Shown one piece after another: positions 1 through 13,210 of a stretch of 64,000 nt of DNA. A program made the translations under genes and the position numbers. This DNA is from Takakia lepidozioides. Lineage: Eukaryota > Plantae > Bryophyta. Every line of letters begins with the position of its first letter. Position 1 is the first letter of the stretch. The stretch lies in contig CM060731.1 in assembly GCA_030704615.1 (NCBI GenBank), forward strand, positions 79,856,001 to 79,920,000, written 5' to 3'. Below the pieces are notes generated by a model, which was given only the letters and a program-made list of their open reading frames with translations, was not told the origin of the DNA and did not search any database.

Positions 1-142
1 GCAATCAGTCTTCTCAATCCTCGCCTATTGGCATTTTGCACTTCCACGACATAGCACCTTTGCGTTGGATACAATCCATTGAATCTTCAAAAGTCCCATT
101 TTAATAAAAATTCCCAATAACAGTATGGTTGCTCCGTCCTAG

Positions 143-712
143 GGCCTTGAGCTCAGCTCAGCATGGATTTCTCAATGTGTGGATGCAATTTATCTACCTG
201 CAGCTTACTGGATATGGCAGTTGTAAGTGTGGAGTATTTGGTGGACAGTAGGCAGTAGCTTTTGGCACCAAAGGGCTTTTCTATTATGTGCCAGAAGTAT
301 CTTCACAATCACAGTATCTTAGGTTCCCATGGCCTTGCGTACTAAGTTGAGTGCTCTTGTGTGATATTTCTCGCCATGTACCTCCTACCCGAACAGCAGT
401 TTTCTTACATTTGGAGTGATTGCAGGCAAGTTATTGGGGGGTTTGGCAACGTCATGCTTATGATGTATTACTAATTTTGTATCTCACAACCACAATTGGC
501 AGTATGCTGTGGTGTTCAACAGACGTGGAGTTGAGGATAAGCACATTGCAAGTGATAGCATCAATGAAGGCTCCCTGAAGGGTGGTGCATTTGCAAAGAC
601 TGAATGCATTCGTACAGTGACAGAGGCAGTGCGGGATGTGACGCCACACACAACTGTTGACTTGACCAGCCCGCAGGTAACATCACAAGAGATGACCAAG
701 GTGACAAATTAA
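143..712 (+). CDS. Probable last exons of an unidentified gene entering from the left edge
   Basis: Candidate exon CCTAG|GGC..CAGTT|GTAAGT reads GLELSSAWISQCVDAIYLPAAYWIWQ. Further acceptors at ~396 and ~502 and a possible GC donor (AG|GCAAGT) at ~425. Frame of the final exon unresolved. Confidence 0.3.
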
Positions 713-2280
713 AGGGTGCCATTTGTGCAGGATGCAGGACATGTGAAGTCAGTAGCAGGGGGGAGATAGGCCGGAGTATGGAGAGCTGAGTGACCCACTG
801 ATGATCATGTCCAACTGTAGAAGTGCAAGTGTGTGCATTGTACGAGCTAATAAATACCAGCACAGCTCAGTGGAAGGACTTGTGTTGAATGATTAATGGT
901 TGCTACATTCAATGCTAACAAAGAGTGGTTGGAGCATGCAGATGGTGGTAATTGTGGAAGTTCTTCCCATGGTTGGAGCTCAATGCTCGCTCATATGTGC
1001 AGTGACAGTTTTACCGAGAGATCTCGTGAATACCAAGCCACGGCTGTCAGTTGTACCCTTAGCTTGCTCAAAGAAACGAAAGCAATGTGGCTAAGTTAGC
1101 AATCATTCCAAAAGCACCTTTGTGTAACATACTTTTAGGCCCTGAACCACACCTGCCTATTACTTCCCCAGCTAAGCTAACTTTCAGCATGAAAAGTTAG
1201 GCTAATGGTTGCTGCACTTTACCAGCTAGCCATCAGCTAATCTCATCTGATGCTGAGTGAAAGTGTAGCTGGTCAACACTTCCGCTCCTGCAGTGAGTTT
1301 TTCCTAATCAAACAACCATCAGTGACATTGGTTAAGAAAAAAAACAGAGAAATACTGAACATTCTAGATAGTATTTATTTGGGCTTTGCACTAACCATCG
1401 GGTGTGCCCACCATCACCCTTGTACTCTTGCCTTGGCATTTGCACAACCTTTTGTGGGTAGTCAAGGATTTTGGGGCTTGCTTAGAATTGAAATAGCTGC
1501 CTTGCCAAACAATTCTGAGTAATGAGTTGAAAAAATGAATTGAAGAGGGACTCAGGACTCGAGATGGTTTATCTGTTGTACCTCGTTTCTTTTGCAAGTC
1601 AGCAACAAGTCCTCCTGCACTCCACTCATTTCGAGGGAGTATAAAGCTATTCAATTGGAGTTGAAGAAAATTTGCAGAATAATAAATATGGACACTGCAA
1701 TTTTAGAAACATTAATACTTACACATTGTACTTACCATTCACCACGTGAGGTGCAAGGATCGCCTGCCTTTATGAAGCCGAATTGATGGCAGCTTACTCA
1801 ATCTGCACTAGCCAGGTCCTTCAAGTACAGTGGCCGCAATTATGCGTCGGCCCCACATAAATCCAGCCACTCATGAGACCCACCACTATCACTAGCAATG
1901 ATAATTCTTCTAGCCCATAAATTAATGCTCAAGCTTCACCGGTGTGGAGTGCAGCCTCATACCAAGTATCAAGGGGACATTCATTCCATCCACCAAGGTG
2001 GCCACTTGTCTCACAACCTTCAGCCAGCAACATCAACCATGCTTGAGTTTAAATCAAAGTGCACACCCCTTTACCAAGCAGAGGGTAATCTGAGGACTGC
2101 AAGCTTTGCATACTCATAGAGACAGCCCGTGAAGATTTCCACCCTTAGACATTATACCCACCACAGCTCGTTCACTTGTCCGTGGTTGAAGGATTCAGTC
2201 AGAGCTCATGGTTGTGCGACATCCTGTACTTGCAGTACAGAGTTTCCCAGGCAGATGGCCTTGCATGTGCAGCTGTGGAA

Positions 2281-5200
2281 TCATTTACCTCCATCCTTGA
2301 AGGGACTCGAATCGCCCAGCAGTTGCAAAGCCATTTTCATCTGCAAGTCAGTGGATACCATCAATAAGGAATGGCAAAGTTGTTTAAATCATTTGGTCAG
2401 AAATGTAGTACTACTTACACAACTCATTCCGTCCAACTTGCAACTGATTATTCCGTCTGAATTAAGACCACCTGAAGTTCAAGAAAAAAGCCTACTCTGA
2501 GCCCCAGAAAATGTCGAAGGATGCTATAGAAGATAAGAATCCTACGCGACATTAAAGCCCAATTCCTGACCCTGCCCCACTCCAGTTTGAAGTAGAAGCA
2601 TACAAACACCCCTACCTGCACAGTTTCATGCCGAAGGAAACTCGCTATGGAGTTGCGGAAAGCTGAATCAGGAACATAGTGGGCACTGTAGGTGGCTGTA
2701 GGCAAGTAGCCTCGTTGAATCTTGTGCTCTCCTTGGGCCCCTGCTTCTACCGTCTTTAGACCCCACTCTATTGCTGCCTCAATCGCCTGCCACACAATAC
2801 TTATGAAGTTAGTTTCTGGATGCTGTGTCACTCCGATTAATGTTGTCTGTTTGTCTGGTCGATGGACCCTGGAGGGTTTTGAGCCCATCACTGCAATGCA
2901 TGATATATGTAATGTGGTTAAGTGGAAGAGAGAGAGGAGAGAGGAGAGAACCTGGTAGTAGCACGCTTCAAAGTGGAGAGCTGAATAATGCGCATCGTTT
3001 ACACAGCCCCAGTTGCGCCCATACAGGGTGTCCCCGCCTATCAAGTTGAGAGCACCTGCAACTAGCTCGCCCTTATCTTCAGCAACCACCAGGAGAACAC
3101 GATCACCCATGCGAGAGCCCATCATAGGGAAGAACTCCTTCGTCAAATATGCCTGGCCCCACCTAGGCCCTTCCCCTCATTCGACGTTGATCTATGGATT
3201 CTTGACTCTGCTAACAAAGGTGTAGCTTGTAGACTCTAGAAACACCTGAAGTTGCAAACATGTCCAACACATTCCTTGACACAACTGTTATGCCAGATGT
3301 TTGCGCCATTAGGAATCACCATGCTGCAGTGGTAAGCTGCTCATGCCCTTTTAATTCATGCACATTTTAGAGAATAAGAATGCAACTGCCAATTCTGTGA
3401 CTTGAAGTGGCTCGTGTTTATACTGCACATTCATAAACAACTATCAAAAAGGCTGACATGGTCCATCACTTACTATCTTCTAGAAATCTGATAGTGATGC
3501 TGATAACCAGGTATACCTTGCTGATTCAAATAGAGGGGGATAGAAAGAGAGGTAGAGAGAGACATAGATTACTTGTTATCAGTGGTGTTCCTGTAGAACT
3601 TGTAGAAGGCGTCCCAGTGCCATGGCTGCACCCAGCACCCCCAAAAACCCCTCCATTCTGATGATTTCACCACCATGATGGCTCCGAGTTCCTCAGGTAT
3701 ACATGTGCATTAACAGAAAAAAACGCGTCTCTCTCTCTATTAGGAAGGAAGAACTGACCTGCTACATGACGCTGACTTGGAGGCTGAAGTATCTAAGGCC
3801 ATGTTAGAACAAAATGAAGTTAGGCATAGAACTTCCCTGAACTTGTTTCCAGTTTGTGACATGGGTGAGGACCTCAAGGATAATCTGAAGGGCCTAACTA
3901 CCCTCAGCACCAGACAGTTTAAAAACAGTGGGGGAGTCTACCTTTGAACAAAAACGTGTGCAAGGAGGAAGGGGAGATTGTCAATGCCCAATGTCCGGGT
4001 GGCCAGAGGACTATATCCATTTTCTAATACAATGTCCCGGGTCCTCTCATCCGAGAGTGACCCTCTTCAGGACCATCAAGAACATAGTCCCTGCACCTCT
4101 GTTCACCAACTTCCAAAATCTCGAGGCTGAGCCTAAAGCCCTGGCCCTGTTGGGGTCTAACTGCTGGGCAGCTCGTGCACAGCAGATTGATGCTTGTGGG
4201 AAGGGCTTTCTAGAGGAAATCTGGAACGCGCGAACCAACTGTTTATATCAAGGTGAGTCCCACTACTGGAGTGAGCCCCTCACGAAGGTAGTGTCTGTTC
4301 CCTCTAATTGTTTATATCAAGGTGAGTCCCACTACTGGAATGAGCCCCTCACGATGGTAGTGTCTGTTCCCTCTTGATCCGTCCAACCTGGGCACGGGGT
4401 CTATGGCCACAAGGCTGTGGCAAACAACGTCTTATGAGTTCTGTCGAAATATACCTAGCACGGGCCACACGCAGTCCCATACATTTTCTCTCTCACACAC
4501 ACACACTCCCAGGTACCTTGATGTCATCCCCTCGTAGACGCTTTAGTTGAAGATTCTGAGACTGGACCTGCAGAAACACCATCATCCCAGCATGACACTC
4601 TTCCACACAGCACGAATCGAGCTGACAAGTTTGCATGGTTCTTTGAAAATTGATAGTGAACCACGATATAAAATCTCCGCCTGAATGCTTTAGAAACATG
4701 TTAAGGACTAAACAGGTTAGGCAAAAATGGCCCCACAGTCTAGGGCCTTCGAGCTCTTTTAAACCCTCTCAACATCAGCAATTGATAAATTTTAGCACTT
4801 TAGCAAAACTAGGAATTAGCAGCCACACCTTTTTCCGCTCCTGCCGGATGGATTTCCGTTTACTTTGCTTCAAATCCATTAAAAAATCCTCAAAACTGCC
4901 GACACCCGAAAAAATTGTTCCAACCATCATCAGCATAGGAGGGAGTGACTGCATCAGTGTCAGCAGACCAAAGTGCAATTCTAGTTTCAAAGATCAAGCT
5001 CTACAGCAGATGCTCCTGAAGTACTTTCTGACAACAGGATGTACATGTGCTATGGAGGGGAAAGAAAATCAGTAATTGTAGAAAAAATAGGGAAACCTAT
5101 GCAAACCACCACTTGATGCATGGAATCAAAATTCGAAAGTACGACCCCAACACGGACAGCTAAAGCAGTTTGCCCTTGTGTTCTCAAACATTCTGTTACA

Positions 5201-8009
5201 TCTTCTACCTAGGCAGAAAAGAAGCTTGAATTAGACAGAAACAGGAACCTTGTGACCTTGAAAGCTCCACCACCACTGGTATGCCACATTTACCTGCTAT
5301 AATTACAGTTTTTCCAGTGGTACTGCATCCCAATTCTCTGCAAATAGCCTATCTCTCCAATTTTGTCCCAATCTCCTTTTGTCGGAAAAGTTATGTGTAA
5401 TGAGGAGGCCCCCATCTGTGACACAGGAGATATAAGACCAATAAGATCTAATGGAGGCAGCACATTATTTTGGTCGAGTGAAGAGAAGTATGAAGAGAAG
5501 AAAAAGGAAACCTACAGTGGAACAGCCTATGCCTAGAGACTCCTTGGTGACTTGACTTCAAATGTATCACAGTAGCTGGCGTAAAGAGGAGCACCTGCTC
5601 TGTGAGTTGCTGCATGCACTTGCAGAGACCATTGAAGACCTGATCACGGAATGGACTGTTCCGTACGAGAATGCGGGGGCCAGTAGCAGGTGTAAAGGGC
5701 ACGCATGACTGCAGCTTTGGATAGTAGGACCCCCCATAGCGATAGAAGGCATTTGCCCATCCATGGTCGAATACATACTCCCCATATGAATGACTGTCCA
5801 GTGGTAAGAGGTAGCCAATCAGGATTACTGGATTTGCAATCTAGGAACCACACATGGCAGAGATGACTTCTATTGTGGTCATTGACTGCAGATTTTCCTA
5901 TTTCACAGGGAGTGATCTGACAGACAATTACTGCAAGTATGCAAGGTATCACACATACAGTTACATAGATGAACACACACAGGATCCTTGCAATTACAAA
6001 ATTACCCAAGCCCTTGCAGTGGTTTACCCTTTGGATAAAACCCCTCCCAACTGAATGGGTATCTCAGTATGAAATTGATGTAGCTCTTCTACATCTGACA
6101 CATCCTGTGTACCAAAAGGGAAGCAACGAATCACCTTTTGAGATACAGTGGAACAACTCCTAAAATTGAGCCGGCATCGTCACGTGCTACCAGATGCTGT
6201 GGCAGCCAACCTTCCTCCTGCTCAATCCCCCGACCCCGTCTTGTCAGCTAAAGTAGCACATCCAGAAAGTTCCATGCACCATAACATTATAAAATGGATT
6301 ATCATTTGATATCATTTGCTGATTCCAAACCTGCATGAGGCCACAGGCTATTGTAGTCCCAAATTTCCATATACATCCCTGAGGTCTATCAAGCAAGGGA
6401 CACACTCAATAAACAGAGGTATTTACCTGCACAGCACTTCTGCTGTCCTCAAGACTCGAGAGGAAGGCATGGGCAATGAAAGGATTGGATGACTCAGCTC
6501 CCGTAGAATCGAGGGCACATGCATCCCAGCAGTCCACGGGAATCAGTGAAATTGAAGACACCACTGACACTGTCAACGTCATTGGAGGTTCTGCAACACT
6601 TGCTGTCTCCTGTGTTGCCTGCATTGAACCCCAGATTGTACAGAGGAGAATCCCAGACATGGAAAAGGTAAAGGAATTCTTATACAAAGCACAAAAGCTG
6701 CAATGCGCTATATAGAAAAATGAAACCCACTCGAGTGAACATCTAACGGACATCTTCTGTACTAGGGATAGTCACCTCCGCCGCTGGTGGTTGTGAGACT
6801 GATTCTGTTGTGAGCATGAAATCCTGCTGGGGACGCAGCAAAATTGGCCTGCTTCTCTCTCGACCCCCAAAAAGAGCCCGTACACCTCCCTTCCTTCCCC
6901 ATCCCCAGTATCTGATCCCCTTCTGCAGCAGGCATGTCCAAATATTGGTTGCTTTATTTTGGAAAGTAAGGGGTTCAACCAACGCAAAATGTGATGCCAA
7001 GACTAGATCATCAAACAAAGAGAGATGGTGACATCCACGTACTCATCCTTCACTTCCAAATATTTGCATCATTGATTGAGAAAATTTTTGCTTCATTGCA
7101 GCACTTGGTCCTTTCCTTCATCGACAAAGTTGCAGCACCGAACTAGCTGGACACGTTCATTACATGACACTCTCAAAATCCTCAAGTGTGCCTGAGAGAC
7201 TTCTCTGTCCTACAGGTTTGGGACAACCCTGTCATCTATCTCAACAATCAATCAGTCAATCTCTCCTTCCACTCATAGAATCGGTCGTGTCCTCTGCACA
7301 TGCCAGCCTTCTTCCTGTCGTTACTACTACGGCCTCTATATTCCACGTCTACATTTACACATTTACACGCTATCTGGTTCACCAGTACCGTCAAAGTACT
7401 TCAGGATTGACTTCGGTGTTTACATATGTTTTCAAAATTACATGCGTTGAAAAACAACTGAGAGCCAATACTAAGATCGAGAGCATAACTTCTTCATATT
7501 CTTCGCATACCCTCAACCAATACTACCGAAGTACAAAATACAGTATACTCCATTAAATTTTGTCTCGATTAGTGCTTTTCGTACTTGATGGAAACGTGTC
7601 TATCACATAACGGCTGAAGAGAAAATATAAATATGCCCAAGAAAGCACCGAACCAAGCCACTGTAAGCACTTCTTCTTCCTACTTAACGCATTCCCCCTC
7701 AACCAAAAGAAAAAAACCGGTTTTTAACAAGTTTCATCGTCGAAGTAAGAAACCTTAGAAGCACACCCGGACCGCTACCTGCCGAAAGCCATATAGCCTT
7801 CTTCCACAGCTCAAATTATACGAAAAACAGACTTATGGACGAAACAGGGGGAGCTGCGTGAGCTTACATTCGCAGAACAAGATCTTCGCAGCAAATTCAC
7901 CACACGGAAAGGAGATAGAAGCGATCCAGATATAGTCCACGGTGTATGAGACCACGAGGAGGTGCTGGCGATGGTGGTAGACGGCCACAGGATCGCATCC
8001 GCCCCGCCC

Positions 8010-8014
<5 letters not shown>
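2281..8014 (-). CDS. FemAB-like / GNAT-fold acyltransferase (DUF482/PF04339 type, AT2G23390-like) with probable plastid transit peptide; 12 exons, ~500 aa
   Basis: Exons 8014-7868, 6922-6776, 6618-6427, 6217-6135, 5793-5595, 5415-5294, 4895-4829, 4567-4517, 3625-3573, 3162-2952, 2786-2616, 2340-2281 join in phase over GT-AG introns (1503 nt). Family motifs: NPFIAHAFLSSLE, PLYLKSHSYGEYVFDHGWA, YYPKLQSCVPFTPATGPR, KRKSIRQERKKV, LYGRNWG, LHFEACYYQAIE, EAGAQGEHKIQRGY. N-terminus is Ser/Thr/Arg-rich. Confidence 0.93.
3928..4377 (+). mobile_element. L1-type LINE 3' fragment (zf-RVT region) in an intron, antisense to the host gene
   Basis: PEDYIHFLIQCP and EIWNARTNCLYQG match the E..HL..C and W.IW.ARN..F.G motifs of plant L1 ORF2 C-termini. 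A 69-bp tandem duplication spans 4237-4374. Confidence 0.65.

Positions 8015-8052
<38 letters not shown>
8015..8052 (-). repeat. (GA)n microsatellite directly upstream of the FemAB-like start codon
   Basis: About 19 CT units on the + strand abut the CAT at 8012-8014. Confidence 0.9.
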
Positions 8053-8053
<1 letters not shown>

Positions 8054-8599
8054 GTCACTGTGAATTGCCTCCGAGGCCACTCCCTCCCTCTTTCCTCTTT
8101 ACCGTCATTTGCTCCGTCTGACCCGTCTTTACGACCCGTGATTCTTTGCAATGTCTTCTTTCAGTTTCTTTTTGTATCTTTGAGGATCCACAAAACATTG
8201 CACGAATGAAGGAATGATACGAAAGGTCCACAGAGACGGTGGGGTCCATGGCACGGCTTGAAAGATTTGGAGAATGTGTAGACGTTAGCCTGTCTTTTAC
8301 ACGGTGTCCTTTTTAAGCAGAGAGCATTTGCGGCCACATGATTTATCTTTTACACACTTTCCAGCCCGCCTTGTATGCAGCTGGATGAATGAAAAGTGAT
8401 ACTTGCAGAGAGGCATCCAAGTAGGCTATGCATTCCATAGGATTTAGAATTTTTTTCTTTTTCTTTTTAGAATTGTTTCTGGTGATTGTGTAAAATATCG
8501 GTCGGGGAAAATATATATATATATATCGGTTGGGGATGTTTCCTTTGTATTAAAAAATGTCTTTCTAAAAAACTCTATTCATGGAAAGTAAATGCAACA

Positions 8600-8688
8600 G
8601 TGTTACCAAGGGGTTTTAATTTCCTTCCCCAAAGAATTCCAAATAAAGTTTAAGCCAGGACCTCTGTCCCCTGTTCTCAAAAAACAAA
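8600..8688 (+). mobile_element. Short 5'-truncated retroposon 3' end with A-rich tail
   Basis: Flanked by the direct repeat AAATGCAACA. Ends CAGGACCTCTGTCCCCTGTTCTC-A-rich. The same 3' motif occurs at ~10870-10965 (-) and ~38375-38423 (+). Confidence 0.7.
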
Positions 8689-9494
8689 ATGCAACAATGG
8701 GAGGGCTTTACAATACTCCGGAAGCAGTGAACTTCTCAAATCAAACCACTTAATATTACATGTCAAAGTTTAGCTATATATGAAATATTAATAAGTGATA
8801 TAATATTATAGAAAATGATGGACATTAGTAGACTGGCACATAATGTCAAGGCACATTCCAATGTATGACACAGTTGCCTCAGGCTAAGCTAGGGTTAGTA
8901 AGCTAGGACAAAACCAATGATAGCTTTTAGTTTCAAACAAAAATTTGAATTAAAAGTGAACTGAAAGAATAAAGAAAATTGAAAAAAGAATAAAGCCTTC
9001 TCCTTTTTTTCTATATTCTCTCTTTGTTTTGTTTTCAATTGTTTGGTGGTTTATAATGATAAGCTGATCATTATAACAACTTGAAGATATACCTATCTAC
9101 ATATTTTAATTTGCAGTCTAAAATAAATATCATGTTTGAATGATCAGCACTCAGTGTAATAAGATGGAAGTTGCGGGTTCGAACCCAATGAACCCGGATA
9201 CAATTGACAAGTGGGTTGTCTAATTTTAATTCCAAACACCAAAATTTATGTATGATGCAATATTTTTACAATACACTATGATGGATGAATATAATGTATC
9301 CATATGAGGTGATTTAATTGTATCTAGTTATCTCATTTGACGAAATAATGACCTTGCAGTATTGAATACATATATTCTTTATGTCTGATAGATGTTGTAT
9401 CAAAATTACCTAAGCTTCATCCGTTTGTTACATCCATGGCACTATTGTAAAATTCATCTAATTTCTTACAAATATAAATCAAAATGATTTGTGT

Positions 9495-12400
9495 TTAGCC
9501 TGATAAATTAGAGTCACTATCATAAGCTGATGACTCATCTGCAACACTACAATCAGGAATGCTTGGTAGGCATAAAGAACCAAATCCATTCAAGGTTTGT
9601 GAAAGAAGTTGAAAATTCCCACCATTTTTCTTGAATTCGTCGACTCGCTTACCTAATACTGCATCAAATCTAAGACATTCTTGTCTTTGCAACGTACACA
9701 ACTCCCTCACTATATTCTTGTGTCTCTGCAATTATCATATGTAATTTTTATAAATTTAGTCCGAGACTTGTCAAAATATTAAAACCTTAAAAGTTCCATA
9801 ATGTATATACATACATATATAATTTTAAAATATTTTATGGGTTTTACAAACCTGTTGACAACGGTCGAAATCAAGGGTTCGTGTTTTACGAAGATCGTCA
9901 CGCCCTTGAGCAGCACGTTGTAATAATACTTCCATCTCGTTTTGTTGCTTTGCTCGCAATGATTGCTCCTTGAGTGCAACCTCAGCTGCAAATGCAGCTA
10001 GTGTTGCTTGAAGCTCTAGATGCTCCATGCGGTCTGCAATACGTTTCACCTCATTTGCTTCCAAGTATTTTCCTTGCTTTCCTAGAAAAGTCTGCATTTT
10101 GATAATGAACATCCATATTTACTTTCAGTTGTACTCAACATAATCTATATAAATAGAATATAATTGTATTATTTACTTCTCTATTTGAAAAAAGGACATG
10201 AGAGCCCCTGGAATGCATTAAAAAAGCAAGGAAAAACTAACCTTGCAAACGCCATGTAGGCAAACAAGAGGGAACAAGGAAAACCAGGAAGACAACCTAA
10301 CAACAAAAGGCCTAAGCAGGTGGAAGACAAAACTTGGACGCAGGCCAGCAAAAAAAGGAAGAGTGACGCCTCCCCAGGGGAGCATAAATTATGGTCTCCT
10401 CATCCGGAGGGAGCCGGCCACTGGAAAAATAAGCACTAACATCCGCGCTACCACGCTTGCGCTTAGTAGGCTCAAAAGAGAATATATTATAATTTTTAAA
10501 TAATTTAGATACATTTCAAACACGTGACATAAAATTCAAAGTAAAGTTTAAAGCTTTCTGATATTAATTTGTAATTTTGAAAGACTTAGAGTGGAGTTAC
10601 TTGGACTTTTCGATGCTTAAGAAGCTCACGAGACCATTGAGGTTTAACGGGTGTTTTGGCTGCCATCCGTTGCCTAAATGATTGTAAAACACCCATTTGT
10701 TGCCGTTTCAAGTTAGCTGCATGTTCCACCACTCCCTTGTGAAACTTGTGTAGTTTCTCATCCCATAGCTGTAATCACCAACACTCAAAACAAAGATCGA
10801 TGCTTTCAATTCTAAACATTTAAGAACTGCATGTAGGATTTTTCCATTTATCAAGGAAACACCGGTATTTTTTTACTTTTTATTTTTTATTTTAAGGAAC
10901 AGGGGACAGAGGCCCTGATGAAAACTTTATTTGGAAGAATTTGGGAAAAAAAACAAAACCCTATTACACCATGAGGCACACCCACCATAATCAGTATTTC
11001 ATTGTATCGGTATATCATCTTATGAATATCTATAAATATTACAGTAGTTTAATATATAATGTATTGGATTCACTGATGAGGCTACTTGTATGTAATGTAT
11101 TAAAATGCCTCACGGCCGGGCTCTCTATTCCCCCTCCCTCTTCCTCCCCACACCACACCCCCCTTCTTCCCCCCACCCTTTTTTTTCTGAAACCTGGGCA
11201 ACAGCTACAGGCCCTTGGGGGGGAATTAACGAGCCATGAGGCATACAGGGGACAGAGCCCCCCACAGGGGGATTGAACCCCAGACCAATGACCGTCCTCT
11301 TTCTTGTGAACAATAACAATAATAATAATAATAATAATAATAAAACTTGGAACATAATTACAATGATGTTGGCAAGATTCACCTAAAAATCACTCCATAA
11401 ACAAACAAAATACGCACCCGATTCCTTTCAGTTGTTTCAGATTTGTAAGCTTTCTCAGCTAGATCTTTTTCTTTCATATGCCTTTGAATCATGGCTGTCT
11501 TCCTTTTGTTGTCCTCCAAAACCTAGACAAATTTACAAAGATCACGTGGGATAAACTACACCTAAATTTTCGATGGTTTCCGTAAAAATGATTTTTAGGT
11601 GATTGATGTAAGTTCAATATTTTTTTCTACTAAAACTGATATTCGTTTTTATGTAGACCTTCACAATTTTATTATTATTGATACTTACAATTTTAACTAG
11701 TTTGAAGCTTGAACACAATAAACCGAATTATAGTTAAAACTTGCCTTTACACCATTTAGTCGTTGAGCAGCAGCACGAGCTTCCATGTAGTTTCCTTCGT
11801 TCTCACATTTTTTCATATGCTCCTCAAGCGATTTAATTACCTCCAATACCTATAATTGTGACAAAAACAGATTAAATAATACACCAGTATCTCAATTTGC
11901 TATTATTTATTACAACTTGTAATACTGAATATATGATATTCAAATATTTAAATGGAACTACTTTTATAATAATGTTAGAAAACATTTGAGCAAAAAGCTG
12001 ATCACCTCTGGAGTTAGAGGAGGATATGTCTCCTCAGATCCTCGCCTACTTGGGCTTCTTTGCAATGTTCGAAACGTCCCTGCTGACGTTTCACCCCCCA
12101 TATTCACACTACTCCTGTTCTCCATAGATTCAATGCAAAAAAAGAAATCAATACATTCAAAAGTACTTAAAAATAATATATATATATACTGATTTGAAAA
12201 AAACACACACACACATATGTACTGAAAAAGTATAGTACATTTATTTGTTTAAATTTCATACTTTAGTAGGGTTTTGAACAAAACATACCTCGATCCAAGG
12301 AACGATGGATAACGTGACTCCTTACGCTCGAGGTGTGCTGCAAGCTGCAATAGCATAACCAAATTGCACATGATCCCCAATGTTATAAAACAACATCAAT

Positions 12401-13210
12401 ACTATCCAAAAGAAACCGCAACTCAAGGACATCTACCAACTTTACGTCCATGAAAATGAACCACACGCAAAATGAGCCCTAATATACATCACAATCCTTA
12501 CATTATATATAGACCCATTTAGCTCGATAGAGTAACTAATTCAAACAAACCATTATTCCTTATGTTTCCTTACTACCCACCTACATTTAGTTATCCATTA
12601 CATTATTAAAAATATCAATAATTATAAATGTATTTGTTTATCTAGTATCTACTTTGATTAAATCCCATTAGGCTTGACCTACCATCACTTTAAGTTATCA
12701 GTGTTGACATGGTTACATTGTGAGAAAGGATACAAATTAAGCTAATAATCTTTTTAAAGAAAAATCAAATCATGCATCATACTAGAGTAGTTATCATAGA
12801 AGATAAAAGAGTGTCACATTTACCAAAGATACGGGGATGCCACTTTTCTGTCCGGTGGTCTCCTTGAAAGCATAATAGGTCATTTTGAGTGATGAAACAT
12901 GATCGAACTTGTTTCGTGAATCTGGTGATGTATCATCATCGAAATTCTCGGAGGTAGATAATAATAATTGTTGTGAAGCTTGAACATCACCATTGCTTGT
13001 AGCATCTAAATCTTTGTCCATGGTGGGTGTGAATATCATTTCTTCTCTTCCCTCTCTTGCAGCCAGTTCACTTACAAACTCTTTTATCTCTTTCTCCACA
13101 TCTATTTGTGGATTGATATTTGGGAAAGACACCACATCATCGTCACTACGTGGAGATTGATTCCGAGACACAGAAGGTGGTAAATCTGGATGAGCCTCCG
13201 GGTCTTCCAT
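9495..13210 (-). CDS. Uncharacterised coiled-coil protein, 8 exons, ~466 aa; resembles a family found in flagellated/ciliated eukaryotes
   Basis: Exons 13210-12824, 12344-12289, 12114-12006, 11849-11745 (GC donor AAG|GCAAGT), 11522-11418, 10768-10601, 10091-9852, 9725-9495 join in frame (1401 nt). Motifs LEEHMKKCENEGNYMEA and PQWSRELLKHRKVQTFLGKQGKYLEANEVKRIADRME. Confidence 0.82.
10185..10480 (-). mobile_element. LINE 3' UTR fragment in an intron
   Basis: GC-richer island in an AT-rich intron. On the minus strand it is T-rich and ends CCAGGGGCTCTCATGTCCTTTTTTCAAA, resembling the other retroposon 3' ends in the window. Confidence 0.45.
10865..10980 (-). mobile_element. Retroposon 3' end, same family as 8600-8688
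   Basis: Minus strand reads TTCCAAATAAAGTTTTCATCAGGGCCTCTGTCCCCTGTTCC followed by an A-rich tail. Confidence 0.65.
11165..11300 (-). mobile_element. tRNA-derived SINE (partial)
   Basis: B-box-like GGTTCAATCCC, body CTCATGGC..TTAATT..CCCC.CAAGGGCCTG shared with 23867-24080, and an A tail. An (AAT)n run follows at 11311-11343. Confidence 0.6.

Noticed and set aside
2448-3146. Bacterial origin or recent HGT of the FemAB-like ORF
   Set aside because: Eleven spliceosomal introns and a transit-peptide-like N-terminus; this is a normal plant family member.
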